Notes under the pieces: generated by a model
What the model was told of the DNA's origin: nothing
The model's input: only the letters and a program-made list of their open reading frames with translations
Databases searched by the model: none
Translations under genes and position numbers: made by a program
In this document: positions 1-9,385 of the stretch, one piece after another
How the letters are laid out: every line of letters begins with the position of its first letter
Numbering within the stretch: position 1 is the first letter of the stretch
Assembly: GCA_965237415.1 (NCBI GenBank)
Contig: CBDEFM010000002.1
Location: forward strand, 1,952,001-2,016,000
Length of the DNA stretch: 64,000 nucleotides
Direction of reading: 5' to 3'
From: Alphaproteobacteria bacterium
GTDB taxonomy: Bacteria > Pseudomonadota > Alphaproteobacteria > UBA828

Positions 1-1430
1 ATGCCGGTGGCTTTCACGATGTTGGCGGAATTGCCCATGATCGCGGCGTAGCAGAGCGAGAACGCCCGGTGCAGATCGCGCGGCGTGAGTCGTAGCCGGT
101 GTCCGCCCGAGGCGGCGACATCCGCAGCCAGCGAAAACGCGATCGCATTGCTGGACGCCGCGTAGAGCGACAGAACCACGGCGGCGACCAGGAAGGCGTC
201 GAGCGTGAATCCAAGCGAAAGCAGCACACCGCCCAGGCCGAAGAACACGATGTAGAGTTGAAGCAGCGGGGGAGTCATGCGCAGGAACTCGCTGAACCCC
301 CGCAGGAAGTGGCTGACTCCCGGCACCCGGCGGTGCATCAGCCAGCCGAAGAGCACCCCCAGAAAGATGCTGCCGACAACCGTGATGACCGAGAGCAACG
401 CGGTCAGGGCCAAGCCATAAAGGAAAACGTCTCGGTCGATCGGGTCGTACAGGATGCTGATGTCGAGACCCGTTACCTCCATGATTGTCAGCGAGAAGCC
501 CGACAGGCCGCCGATGCCGCTGCCGGTGACGAGTGCGACCTCCCGGCATTCCAGAGGCCACTGGCCCTGCTCGCCGCGCCGGCACTTCAGTTCGCCGGTC
601 TCGTCGACCTCCTGCCAGGTCGTGCGTGCATTCCGCAGGAAGGGAGAGGGCGGCAAGCCCCATTTCTGTTCCAGCGATTGCAGGAAGCCGTCGCGATGCC
701 ACTGCGCCAGGGTATCGCCCATCAGCTGATCGAGCCGGCCGCCGCCTTCCTCCTTGGCAATAGCGACGGCCCAGGGCAGCACGAAGCGCGTCGGCAGCGT
801 GACGCTGAATCCGTCCCACTCGCCCGTCTCCAGTTCGTGCAGAAGGAGGACCTCGTCGTAGATCCAGCCGACGCAATGTTCGTTGCGCAACGCCTGGCCG
901 GCCTCGCGGGTGCTGTTGAACGAGGTCACGCCGAGCAGCAGCCGCTGTTTGGCGAGCCGGTTCCACAATGAGCCCTGAAGGCCGCAGACGGTCTGACCGC
1001 GCAGTTCGGCCCAGGTGCCGATCCTGGCGTTGTCCCGCAGCAGCACATTGGCGCCGTCGCCGTAATATTGCGGCTCGATCATGCTGACCAGCTCGCGGCG
1101 GCTGCGGGTATCGCCCATGGTGGCGGCGACAATGTCGATCTCGCCGCGCCCCACCTTTTGCAAGCGGTTGGCGCTGGTCACCGGCACCAGCTGGACCTCG
1201 ACGCCGATCGCGTCTGCAAAGCCGCGTGCAACGTCCACATCGTAGCCGGCCAGCATGCCCTCGGAATCGCGGAAGCCGAAGGGCGAGTAGTCCTCCTTGA
1301 CGCCGACGATCACGTGTCCGCGGTCCTGGATCTCCTGCAGCCGGTCGGCAAGTGCTGGACAGGCTAAGCCGGCCCAGGCGACGAGAACGGCGGCGCACAG
1401 CAGGCGCCAAGGCGGAAATCGCCGTCTCAT
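1..1430 (-). CDS. Polar amino-acid ABC transporter, substrate-binding domain fused to permease (runs off the left edge)
   Basis: Absent from the ORF track because it has no stop in the window. ATG at 1430 gives signal peptide MRRRFPPWRLLCAAVLVAWAGLACPALA, then SBP family 3 sequence DRLQEIQDRGHVIVGVKEDYSPFGFRD. The same frame at the left edge reads ..AAIMGNSANIVKATG, a permease C-terminal motif. Frame was spot-checked, not every codon. Confidence 0.8.
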   Translation of the reverse strand, partial: MRRRFPPWRLLCAAVLVAWAGLACPALADRLQEIQDRGHVIVGVKEDYSPFGFRDSEGMLAGYDVDVARGFADAIGVEVQLVPVTSANRLQKVGRGEIDIVAATMGDTRSRRELVSMIEPQYYGDGANVLLRDNARIGTWAELRGQTVCGLQGSLWNRLAKQRLLLGVTSFNSTREAGQALRNEHCVGWIYDEVLLLHELETGEWDGFSVTLPTRFVLPWAVAIAKEEGGGRLDQLMGDTLAQWHRDGFLQSLEQKWGLPPSPFLRNARTTWQEVDETGELKCRRGEQGQWPLECREVALVTGSGIGGLSGFSLTIMEVTGLDISILYDPIDRDVFLYGLALTALLSVITVVGSIFLGVLFGWLMHRRVPGVSHFLRGFSEFLRMTPPLLQLYIVFFGLGGVLLSLGFTLDAFLVAAVVLSLYAASSNAIAFSLAADVAASGGHRLRLTPRDLHRAFSLCYAAIMGNSANIVKATG

Positions 1431-1892
1431 GCTTCTAGCCGCCTGCGCAACACGGTGGGCGCGGAGACCGCAAGGTCCATAGCGCGGCCGCCGCCCTCGG
1501 CTGCCTCCCGGTAAGAAGGAGAGGCCGGGTCGCGTTTGCGCATCAATCCGTCCGCGCCGCGGCGGAATCGGCCATGGAGGCCCGGCAAAAAGCCGCGACC
1601 GCAGCGCATCGGGTGTCGATGATCGTCGCGTAAATCATCGTAGCCACTCTACTTGACGCAAGCCGGAAAGAGGGATCAGCGGGAAAGAATGCTGGCCCTA
1701 CCGGCCGTTGCCGCAGTGCCGCCGGCCGCAGCAGCGAAGAACCCTATCCGATATGGCCAAGGGACGAAATAGAGTATCGTGCCGCGCCTAGAGAACCAAT
1801 GTCTGCCGCCGCCCCATACGCGTCCGTGCTGCAGGGGGCCGGCGCACCCGTGTCAAAGCCCGCGGGATGGGCGGCACACCGTCGGGGGAAGA

Positions 1893-2837
1893 ATGACCGG
1901 CTTCAGTCATCGTCTGCACCTCGCTGTGCCGCGACGTTGGGCGCTGCTCCGGTATGCGGGCGCGGTTCTTGCGTTTGTCTTGTTGGCGTCGGGGCTGCCG
2001 CGCCTAGCACCCCCAGCGCAGGCCGCCGCCGACGGCGTGCTTGCCAAGATAGAGGCCGGCGGTGTGATTCGCGCCGGCACCAGGGCGAGCGCACCGCCCT
2101 TCGCCCGGAAGCTGGAGACGGGAGGATTCGAGGGTTTCTCGGTCGACTTGCTGGAGGCGGTCCGGGCCGCTGCGGAGGAGAAGGTCGGCCGACCGGTCAC
2201 GCTGGAAATTCATGAGGTTACGCCGGCGGACCGGCTGGATCGAGTCGCTGCGGGCGAGCTCGACATCGTGTGCGGCATCACCACGCCGACCTGGGATCGG
2301 GAGGCGCTGGTCGATTTCTCCGTGCCGTTCTTTCGCGACGGCACCCGTATCCTGATCTATCGGGAGCAAGCCACAGGCGGCGTGGATCTCGGCAGGCTCG
2401 ACATCGGCGTGGTCGAAGGCACGACCACCGTGACGATCATCGGCGAAGAGCTGCCCACGGCCAATCTGCGTCTCTATCCCACCATGAACGATGCCATGGC
2501 AGCGCTCGCTGCGTCCGAAGTGCACGGTGTCGCCAACATCGGCATTACGCTGCTGGGGCTCGCGGCACGGGCGGAGCCGCGCCGCAGCGTGGTGTTACTC
2601 CCGCGCACCTACGCGCTCGCCATTGAAACGCTGGCCTGCGTCCTGCCGCAGGACGACAGCCCCTGGCGCGATACCGTCAATCGGGTCATCGTCGACATGT
2701 TTACCGGAGTGGAAGACTCCAACAGCCGTTACGACGAGATCTACGATCGGTGGTTCGGGCGCCACAGCGAGATCTTCTATCCGCTCGACCGCGACAACCG
2801 GACCTATCTGAGCACCGTATCGATCTGGGCGCGGTGA
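1893..2837 (+). CDS. Amino-acid ABC transporter substrate-binding protein (SBP family 3, GltI-like)
   Basis: Signal peptide, then IRAGTRASAPPFA, GFSVDLL, ELDIVCGITTPTWDREALVDFS; start placed at ATG 1893 after GGGGGAAGA. Confidence 0.85.
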   Translation: MTGFSHRLHLAVPRRWALLRYAGAVLAFVLLASGLPRLAPPAQAAADGVLAKIEAGGVIRAGTRASAPPFARKLETGGFEGFSVDLLEAVRAAAEEKVGRPVTLEIHEVTPADRLDRVAAGELDIVCGITTPTWDREALVDFSVPFFRDGTRILIYREQATGGVDLGRLDIGVVEGTTTVTIIGEELPTANLRLYPTMNDAMAALAASEVHGVANIGITLLGLAARAEPRRSVVLLPRTYALAIETLACVLPQDDSPWRDTVNRVIVDMFTGVEDSNSRYDEIYDRWFGRHSEIFYPLDRDNRTYLSTVSIWAR

Positions 2838-2907
2838 CGCACCGGCGCGCCGGTGACGCACGGGCAGTGAGCGCAAAGCCCATACCAGAGAACGCTCAGC
2901 AAGAGCG

Positions 2908-2924
2908 ATGATATAGTGTAACCT
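2908..2924. promoter_or_regulatory. Putative Zur box
   Basis: ATGATATAGTGTAACCT resembles the Zur core ATGTTATAnTATAACAT; AT-rich patch about 45 bp upstream of zur. Confidence 0.6.
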
Positions 2925-2968
2925 GTTGCGGTTGCCGCACCGCAGCACGCGGCGAAATTGAGGAACGA

Positions 2969-3475
2969 ATGAACGGCCAGCACGTCGACCGGCCCGCCTT
3001 CCATGACGGCGGGCACGAACACCAGGGCTGTATCGCCGACGCGCTCACTCGTGCCGAGGCCGTGTGCCGCCAGCGCGGCGCCCGGCTCACGCCGTTGCGG
3101 CGCAAGGTGCTGGAGCTGGTCTGGGGGAGCCATCGGGCGACCAAGGCCTACGACCTGCTCGCCGCGCTCGGCGATGAAGACGGCGCGGCGAAGCCGCCGA
3201 CGGTCTACCGCACCCTGGAGTTTCTCATGGACCAGGGCCTGGTCCACCGCATCGACAGCCTCAACGCCTTCGTCGGCTGCCCGACGCCCGACCGTCGCCA
3301 CACTGCACAGTTTCTCATTTGCGGCGGTTGCGGCGAGGTGTCGGAGATGGCTGCGTCGAGCATCGACCGCGCGGTCGCGGACCAAGCAGCCGGCTCCGGC
3401 TTCGCGCTCTCGCGTCAGATCATCGAGCTGCACGGCAAATGTCCGCACTGCGCGGCGCTGCCGCAGAGCCCCTGA
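2969..3475 (+). CDS. zur: Zinc uptake regulator (Fur family)
   Basis: RLTPLRRKVLEL, AYDLL, PPTVYRTLEFL, two CxxC motifs (CGGC, CPHC); precedes znuCB. Confidence 0.92.
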   Translation: MNGQHVDRPAFHDGGHEHQGCIADALTRAEAVCRQRGARLTPLRRKVLELVWGSHRATKAYDLLAALGDEDGAAKPPTVYRTLEFLMDQGLVHRIDSLNAFVGCPTPDRRHTAQFLICGGCGEVSEMAASSIDRAVADQAAGSGFALSRQIIELHGKCPHCAALPQSP

Positions 3476-4278
3476 GTCGCCGGCCGGCCGCCGCCGGGCC
3501 GCCGCTCGCCTCGGGCCGCGACCTGGTGGTGCGCTATCGCGGCCGCACGGTGCTGGACCGGGTCTCGATCGAGGTCCACCGCCGGGAGGTGGTGAGCCTG
3601 ATCGGGCCCAACGGGGCCGGCAAGACCACCGCCGTGCGCGCGCTGCTCGGCCTGATCAAGCCGGATGCGGGAGTCGTCCATCGCGAGCCCGGCGTCGTGG
3701 TCGGCTATGTTCCTCAGCGCATTGAGCCGGAGTCGCTCCTGCCGCTCACCGTGCGCCGGTTCCTGGCGATGGCAGGGCGGCGGACCCGTGCCGACGTTGC
3801 CGCGGCACTGGAGGAGGTGGGAGCGGCGGCGTTGATCGACCGCCAGCTGAGCAGCCTTTCCGGCGGTGAGTACAGGCGCGTCCTGCTCGCCCGGGCCCTG
3901 CTGCGCAATCCTGACCTGCTGGTGCTCGACGAACCTGTCCAGCAGGTGGACTTCGCTGGCCAGATGGCCATGCACCAATTGATCGCCCACCTGCGCAATC
4001 GGCGCGGATGCGGTGTGCTGGTCATCTCCCACGACCTTCACCTTGTATTGGGCGCGACCGACCGCGTGGTGTGCATCAATGGGCATGTCTGCTGTGCCGG
4101 CGAGCCGGAGGCGGTGAGCCGCCATCCCGAATACATCTCGCTGTTCGGCCCCCATGCGGCCACCGCGCTCGCGGTCTACACCCACGACCACGACCACAGC
4201 CACGGCCTGCCCGCCGCTGTGACGCCGGTCGACGCAGACTCGCCCGACGCGGGATCGCCGCCCGCCGGGTCTGGCTGA
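3439..4278 (+). CDS. znuC: Zinc ABC transporter ATPase (start uncertain)
   Basis: Walker A GPNGAGKT, LSGGE, LVLDEP, HVCC motif, His-rich tail HDHDHSH. Confidence 0.9.
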   Translation: MSALRGAAAEPLSRRPAAAGPPLASGRDLVVRYRGRTVLDRVSIEVHRREVVSLIGPNGAGKTTAVRALLGLIKPDAGVVHREPGVVVGYVPQRIEPESLLPLTVRRFLAMAGRRTRADVAAALEEVGAAALIDRQLSSLSGGEYRRVLLARALLRNPDLLVLDEPVQQVDFAGQMAMHQLIAHLRNRRGCGVLVISHDLHLVLGATDRVVCINGHVCCAGEPEAVSRHPEYISLFGPHAATALAVYTHDHDHSHGLPAAVTPVDADSPDAGSPPAGSG

Positions 4279-4285
4279 CCGCACC

Positions 4286-5119
4286 GTGTTCGACGATTTC
4301 TTCGCGCGCGCGCTCGCGGGCGGCATCGGCATCGCGCTCGCCACCGGGCCGCTCGGCTGCTTCATGGTGTGGCGGCGCATGGCCTATTTCGGCGATTCGG
4401 TTGCGCACAGCGCGTTGCTCGGCGTCGTGCTCGGCGTTGGGCTCGGCATCGACCTCAACGTCGGCATCGTCCTCATGTGCATCGGGCTCGCCCTGCTGCT
4501 GCTCCTGCTCCAGCAGCAGCGGCGACTGGCTACCGACACGCTTCTCGGCATCCTCGCGCACGGCGGCCTGGCGCTTGGTCTTGTGGGAATCAGCTTCCTC
4601 GAAAGCGTGCGCGTAGACCTGATGAGCTACCTGTTCGGCGATATCCTGGCCGTTACCGGCAGCGACCTGATATGGATTTATGGCGGCGGCGGCGCGGTAC
4701 TGGTCGCGACGGTGCTCATCTGGCGGCCGCTGCTGGCCGTCACCGTGCACGAGGAGCTCGCGCGTGCCGAAGGCGTGCGCGTCGGTCTCGTCCGTATCGC
4801 CTTCACCCTCCTGATCGCGCTGGCGGTCGCCATCGCCATGAAGATAATCGGGCTGATCCTGATCGTGGCGCTCCTGATCATCCCGGCGGCGACGGCGCGC
4901 AGGTTCGCGCGCTCGCCCGAGCAGATGGCGGTGCTTGCGAGCGTCGTCGGCGTGGTCGCCGTGGCCGGCGGGTTGCACGGCTCCCTGGCCTGGGACACGC
5001 CATCGGGCCCCTCGATCGTGGTCGCGGCGCTTGCTCTGTTCACGCTCGGCCACGGCGGCGCCGCGCTGGCCTCGGCCTGCGTAGGCCGGGTCGTTGATTC
5101 GACACCGGGCAACAATTAG
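4286..5119 (+). CDS. znuB: Zinc ABC transporter permease
   Basis: GPLGCFMVWRRMAYFGDSVAHSALLG, DLMSYLFGDIL, DTPSGPSIV. Confidence 0.93.
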   Translation: MFDDFFARALAGGIGIALATGPLGCFMVWRRMAYFGDSVAHSALLGVVLGVGLGIDLNVGIVLMCIGLALLLLLLQQQRRLATDTLLGILAHGGLALGLVGISFLESVRVDLMSYLFGDILAVTGSDLIWIYGGGGAVLVATVLIWRPLLAVTVHEELARAEGVRVGLVRIAFTLLIALAVAIAMKIIGLILIVALLIIPAATARRFARSPEQMAVLASVVGVVAVAGGLHGSLAWDTPSGPSIVVAALALFTLGHGGAALASACVGRVVDSTPGNN

Positions 5120-5230
5120 AGCGTGTCCGACATTGTCGGACACGCGACAGGCCGCGACCGCGGCCCGCCGCTCCTGCGGCGCCCTCGCGGAGGCGCCGGC
5201 CGCAGGCCGGCTGCCGTGAGCGACAAATGC

Positions 5231-5265
5231 CTAGAGCGTTTCCGTGTGAAACGGAAATGCTCTAG
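5231..5265. repeat. 35-bp palindromic element with CTAG ends
   Basis: CTAGAGCGTTTCCG-TGTGAAA-CGGAAATGCTCTAG; 14-bp arms with 1 mismatch. Confidence 0.7.
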
Positions 5266-5294
5266 CTTCGCGCTCTCGCGCAAGGAGAACGCAG

Positions 5295-5675
5295 ATGGCG
5301 GCGAGCGGCGACCTGGCCCAACAGGTGATCGAGCGGCTGCGTTTCGACGACGCCGGCCTCATTCCCGCGATCGCGCAGTCGCACGAGACCCGCGAGGTGC
5401 TGATGCTCGCGTGGATGAACGCGGACTCGGTGCGCGAGACACTCGCGACCGGCCGGGTCTGCTACTGGTCCCGCTCGCGCCAGCAGCTCTGGCGCAAGGG
5501 CGAAACCTCGGGTCACACGCAGCGGCTGGTCGAGATGCGCTTCGACTGCGACAGCGACGCCCTGCTGCTCCTGGTCGACCAGACCGGCCCCGCCTGCCAC
5601 ACCAACCGCCCGGCCTGCTTCTTCCACGCCGTGCAAGACGGCGAGATTCGCGTGATCGCCGAGCCGGTCCGCTAG
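5295..5675 (+). CDS. hisI: Phosphoribosyl-AMP cyclohydrolase
   Basis: GLIPAIAQ, YWSRSRQQLWRKGETSGH, DCDSD, GPACHT..CF. Confidence 0.96.
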   Translation: MAASGDLAQQVIERLRFDDAGLIPAIAQSHETREVLMLAWMNADSVRETLATGRVCYWSRSRQQLWRKGETSGHTQRLVEMRFDCDSDALLLLVDQTGPACHTNRPACFFHAVQDGEIRVIAEPVR

Positions 5676-5704
5676 CCGGCATTTCGCCTTGGCACTGCTG
5701 AGAT

Positions 5705-6520
5705 CTACCGAAGCGATGGACCGCGCCGTTCGAGAAATTCCCTGAGAGCACGGGCACACGCCGGGCCATGCGAATAGGCGACGCCGTGGCGTGCGCCGGC
5801 GACGACGTGCATCTCGCAATCCGGCATGGCGCGCAGCCGTTCGACCTGCGTCTCAAGCGAGACGAAGGGGCTGTCGTCAGGCGCGATGAGGAGGGTGGGC
5901 ACGCGGATGTCGCCGAGCGCCTCCGTGAGGTCCACCTGCACCAGCATGTCCACGAGGTCGACACAGGCGTGAGGCGCCGAGGCCCGTTGCGTGTCGTGGA
6001 ACCAGCGCTCCATCGCCGGGCTCAGGCGGCCTGCTGGAAACCGCAGCGGCATGAGCTTTGCCGACCAGTCGTCCATGCCCAGCTCTCGCACGTCGTCCCT
6101 GAGCGCCCGCGATCTGCCGATCGTGCCGCCCCGGTGCGCCGCGGTGACCATGGTGAGCGTCAGCAGGCACTCCGGACGGTGCGCCGCAAGTTGGAGGCCG
6201 ACCGTGCCACCCGTCGATTCTCCGACGAAATGAACCCGCTTCGTGCCGAGCGCGGCGAGCACGTCTCGAACGTCGTCGGCCAGCGCGTCGATGGACCAGG
6301 CTTCGCCCTCTGCGGGAACGAATGAGCGGCCGAAGCCGCGCAGATCCATGCGGACAATCCGGTAGCGGTCCGCCAGTACCGGTAACCAGGTGACCCATAT
6401 GTCGGAATCGATGGCGAGCCCGTGGAGAAAGAGGATGGTCTCGCGCGGCTCCATCCAAGGGGGCACGACGTCGCAAAGTTCGTAGTGGATATTCCCCTCG
6501 GGACGTTCCAGCATCGCCAT
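5705..6520 (-). CDS. Alpha/beta fold hydrolase (PcaD/MhpC-like)
   Basis: ILFLHG, DLRGFGRS, nucleophile motif GESTGG, C-terminal GARH; RBS GGAGG before ATG 6520. Confidence 0.88.
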   Translation of the reverse strand: MAMLERPEGNIHYELCDVVPPWMEPRETILFLHGLAIDSDIWVTWLPVLADRYRIVRMDLRGFGRSFVPAEGEAWSIDALADDVRDVLAALGTKRVHFVGESTGGTVGLQLAAHRPECLLTLTMVTAAHRGGTIGRSRALRDDVRELGMDDWSAKLMPLRFPAGRLSPAMERWFHDTQRASAPHACVDLVDMLVQVDLTEALGDIRVPTLLIAPDDSPFVSLETQVERLRAMPDCEMHVVAGARHGVAYSHGPACARALREFLERRGPSLR

Positions 6521-6706
6521 GGCATCGCCTCCGGCGTCGGCCGATTTCCGGGTCAATCGCCGCCCTGCGGTGGGCCGCGCCCGTGCGATGCAGTGTCTGG
6601 CTTTGGCAATTTTCTGACAAGCCCGCGCAGCGGCCGATACGCAACCAATGCCGGCGTTGATCGGCGCCGGCTGCCGCCGCATCATCGGGCAGTGGAGGAT
6701 ATCAAG

Positions 6707-8128
6707 ATGGTTGGCAGCGACGAGCTTTGCATGATGACGGCGGGCGAGGCGCTTGCAGCCTTTCGCGCCCGCCGGCTCTCGTCGGTCGAGCTCATGCAGG
6801 CGGTGATTGCCCGCGTTGAGCAGGTCAACCCCGCGCTCAACGCCTTTACCTATACCTTCTTCGAACGCGCGCTCGAGCAGGCGCGCCGCGCCGAGGCCAA
6901 GTACCTCAAGAGCGATGGCCGGCCCCGGCCGCTCGAGGGCATCCCCGTCGCGATCAAGGACCTGCACCCGGTCAAGGGCGAGATCACCACGTTCGGCTCC
7001 AAGGCCTTCGCCGATAACCGACCGGACCACACCGCGCCCACGGTGGAACGCTTGCTGCGGGCGGGCGCCATCCTGCACGCGCGCACGACCACGCCCGAAT
7101 CGCCCTCCGGCACGACCTACAGCGCGCTCTGGGGCGTGACCAGAAACCCGTGGAACACGGCCTACAGCCCCGGCGGCTCATCGGGCGGGGCGGGGGCAGC
7201 ATTGGCGAGCGGCATGACCATGCTCGCCGACGGCACCGACGCCGGCGGCTCGATCCGGATCCCTGCTTCGGCATGCGGGTTGATCGGCTACAAGCCGCCA
7301 TTCGGACGCAACCCGCTCGATCTCGAATTCCCGCGCGAGACGATCCTTCAATTCGGCCCGCTCACCCGTGCCGTCGGCGATGCCGCGCTCATGCAGAATG
7401 TGATGTCGGGCCCGCATGCGGAGGATCCCTGCTCGCTCCGGACCCGTGTTCGCATCCCCGAAAACTTGGCCGGGATCGAGGGGTGGCGTGTCGCCGTCTC
7501 GCTCGATCTCGGCTACAAGACGATCGATCCGGAGGTCGAGCGAAACACGCGCGCTGCCGCAGACGTCTTTCGCGATATGGGATGCGACGTGGAGGACGTT
7601 GCGCTCGGTTGGAACTCCGGCGTGCTGGATGCCTTCCTGACCCATTCGGAAGCGCTCTATGCTGGCATGTTCGGGCATCTGCTGCCGCGCTGGCGCTTCG
7701 AGATGGACCCGTTCCTGGTCGACGTGATCCAGCGTGGTATGCGCCTCGACGCCGCACGGGCCTATCGCGTCAACCTCGTGCGCGGCGAGATGTACCGGCA
7801 GCTCTCGCCGATCCTCGACCGCTACCACGTGTTGATCTGCCCGACCCTCGCCGTGCCGTCGGTGCCGATCGAGCACAACAATATGGACTACGATCTGCGC
7901 ATCGGCGGGACGCCGGTGCAGCCGCATCTCGGCTGGCTCCTGACCTACCCGTTCAACCTGGTGGGCGAGTGTCCGGTCATGAGCGTGCCGAGCGGCTTTT
8001 GCAAAAAGACCGGCGTGCCGACGGGAATCCAGATCGTCGGCCGGAGCTTCGATGACCTTCGCGTGTTCCGTGCGGCCGCGGCGTATGAGAAAGCGAGCCC
8101 GTGGAGCGGCCGCTGGCCGGCCCTTTGA
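6707..8128 (+). CDS. Amidase signature family enzyme
   Basis: PVAIKD, SPGGSSGG, GTDAGGSIRIPAS (Ser-cisSer-Lys triad); RBS GGAGG. Confidence 0.93.
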   Translation: MVGSDELCMMTAGEALAAFRARRLSSVELMQAVIARVEQVNPALNAFTYTFFERALEQARRAEAKYLKSDGRPRPLEGIPVAIKDLHPVKGEITTFGSKAFADNRPDHTAPTVERLLRAGAILHARTTTPESPSGTTYSALWGVTRNPWNTAYSPGGSSGGAGAALASGMTMLADGTDAGGSIRIPASACGLIGYKPPFGRNPLDLEFPRETILQFGPLTRAVGDAALMQNVMSGPHAEDPCSLRTRVRIPENLAGIEGWRVAVSLDLGYKTIDPEVERNTRAAADVFRDMGCDVEDVALGWNSGVLDAFLTHSEALYAGMFGHLLPRWRFEMDPFLVDVIQRGMRLDAARAYRVNLVRGEMYRQLSPILDRYHVLICPTLAVPSVPIEHNNMDYDLRIGGTPVQPHLGWLLTYPFNLVGECPVMSVPSGFCKKTGVPTGIQIVGRSFDDLRVFRAAAAYEKASPWSGRWPAL

Positions 8129-8144
8129 CGGAACGCCGATCCGG

Positions 8145-8816
8145 CTAGCCGATCTCGATACCGCCGGGATAACAGAAAGACGCGCGCGGCGCGTGGAAGC
8201 CGAACACCAGCTCCAGCGGCTCCCTGGGGCGGAAGGGGTGGATCGGATGTCCCGGGTCCAGGAACGAGATCGATCGCATTTCGAAAGCCTTGGCCCGCTC
8301 CATGATGACCGCATGGCGGTTGCGCATCACCCGCCCGTCGAGGGCCGACAGGACCATCAACTGACCGCCCGTGATCTCGCCGATCTCGCCGCTCGTGCGA
8401 GCACGGGAGCGGATCAACGGCCGCCCGTCGACCGTGGCGGTCGCGACCAGGGTATCGCCCTCGAACTCCAGCGTCGTCACGCCATCCGTCGCCGGGATGC
8501 CGCGCTCGATGGCGTAGTCGCGTACCCGGGGCGACGAGATGAAGTAGTGGCTGAACCAGCGCCCCGGCGTATCGTCGTCGGCGTCATGGCCGACGACGTC
8601 GAAACAGATATAGCTGAGCGAGTACGCGCCGAAGCCGGAGGTCTGCTCGTCCCGGTCCACCACATAGTGCACGAGGACGACAGCGCGGCTCTCCACGGGC
8701 GTGAGCCCGAGACCTGCGGGCAGCGCCTCGTCGATCGCCCCAGGCCCCGCCGGCACGTAGCTCAGGAACATCATTCGGCAGTTGACGACCAGCTGCGGCG
8801 GCAGAAGTTCAGGCAT
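8145..8816 (-). CDS. Acetoacetate decarboxylase-like family protein
   Basis: ADC-like pattern (ALPAGLGL, FGAYSLSY, ERGIPA); RBS GAGAGG; family assignment by resemblance only. Confidence 0.55.
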   Translation of the reverse strand: MPELLPPQLVVNCRMMFLSYVPAGPGAIDEALPAGLGLTPVESRAVVLVHYVVDRDEQTSGFGAYSLSYICFDVVGHDADDDTPGRWFSHYFISSPRVRDYAIERGIPATDGVTTLEFEGDTLVATATVDGRPLIRSRARTSGEIGEITGGQLMVLSALDGRVMRNRHAVIMERAKAFEMRSISFLDPGHPIHPFRPREPLELVFGFHAPRASFCYPGGIEIG

Positions 8817-8860
8817 GGCGCACCTCTCGCTGCAATTCGGACCGCACGAGTTTACCGTGT

Positions 8861-9385
8861 CACGAGCTCTCGGGCGGTGTGTGCCAGCGCGTCGTCATCG
8901 CCATGGCGCTGAGCCATTCGCCCAAGCTGCTGCTCGTGGACGAGCCGACGGCAGGGCTCGACGTGACGATCGCACGGCAGATCCTGGACCTGATGGCCGA
9001 GCTGGTGCACGAATTCGGCTCGTCGCTGATGCTCGTCTCGCGCGACATGGGCGTGGTGGCGCACTATTGTCAGCGGGTGGCGGTGATGTACGCCGGTCAG
9101 ATCGTCGAGGTCGGCGAGACCGATGTGTTCTTTGGCGCCGCCGCCCATCCCTACAGCCGCCACCTGCTGCGTGCCGCACGCGCAGCTCGGGACGACCGGC
9201 GCGGCGTCTCTGCGTCGGTGGAGGCGCGGGCCGCTGCGGCCCAAGGTTGCGCCTACATGCCGCGATGCCCTGTGGCGCTTGCAACGTGCGAGCAGTCTTC
9301 ACCCGCGCTGGAGCCGGTCAACGACGGTCATACCGCTCGCTGTTTCCGCCGCGGCGAGGTCGCGCGGGGCGAGGTGCAAGCCTGA
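8861..9385 (+). pseudogene. 5'-truncated oligopeptide/dipeptide ABC ATPase (DppD-like C-terminal half)
   Basis: Begins at HELSGGVCQRVVIAMAL, then DEPTAGLDV, HPYS and Cys-rich tail; no Walker A, and no room upstream because a divergent gene starts at 8816. Confidence 0.85.

Noticed and set aside
8782-9384. 200-aa N-terminal extension on the DppF-like ATPase
   Set aside because: Alternative frame of the truncated DppD; the TGATG overlap marks the start at 9385.
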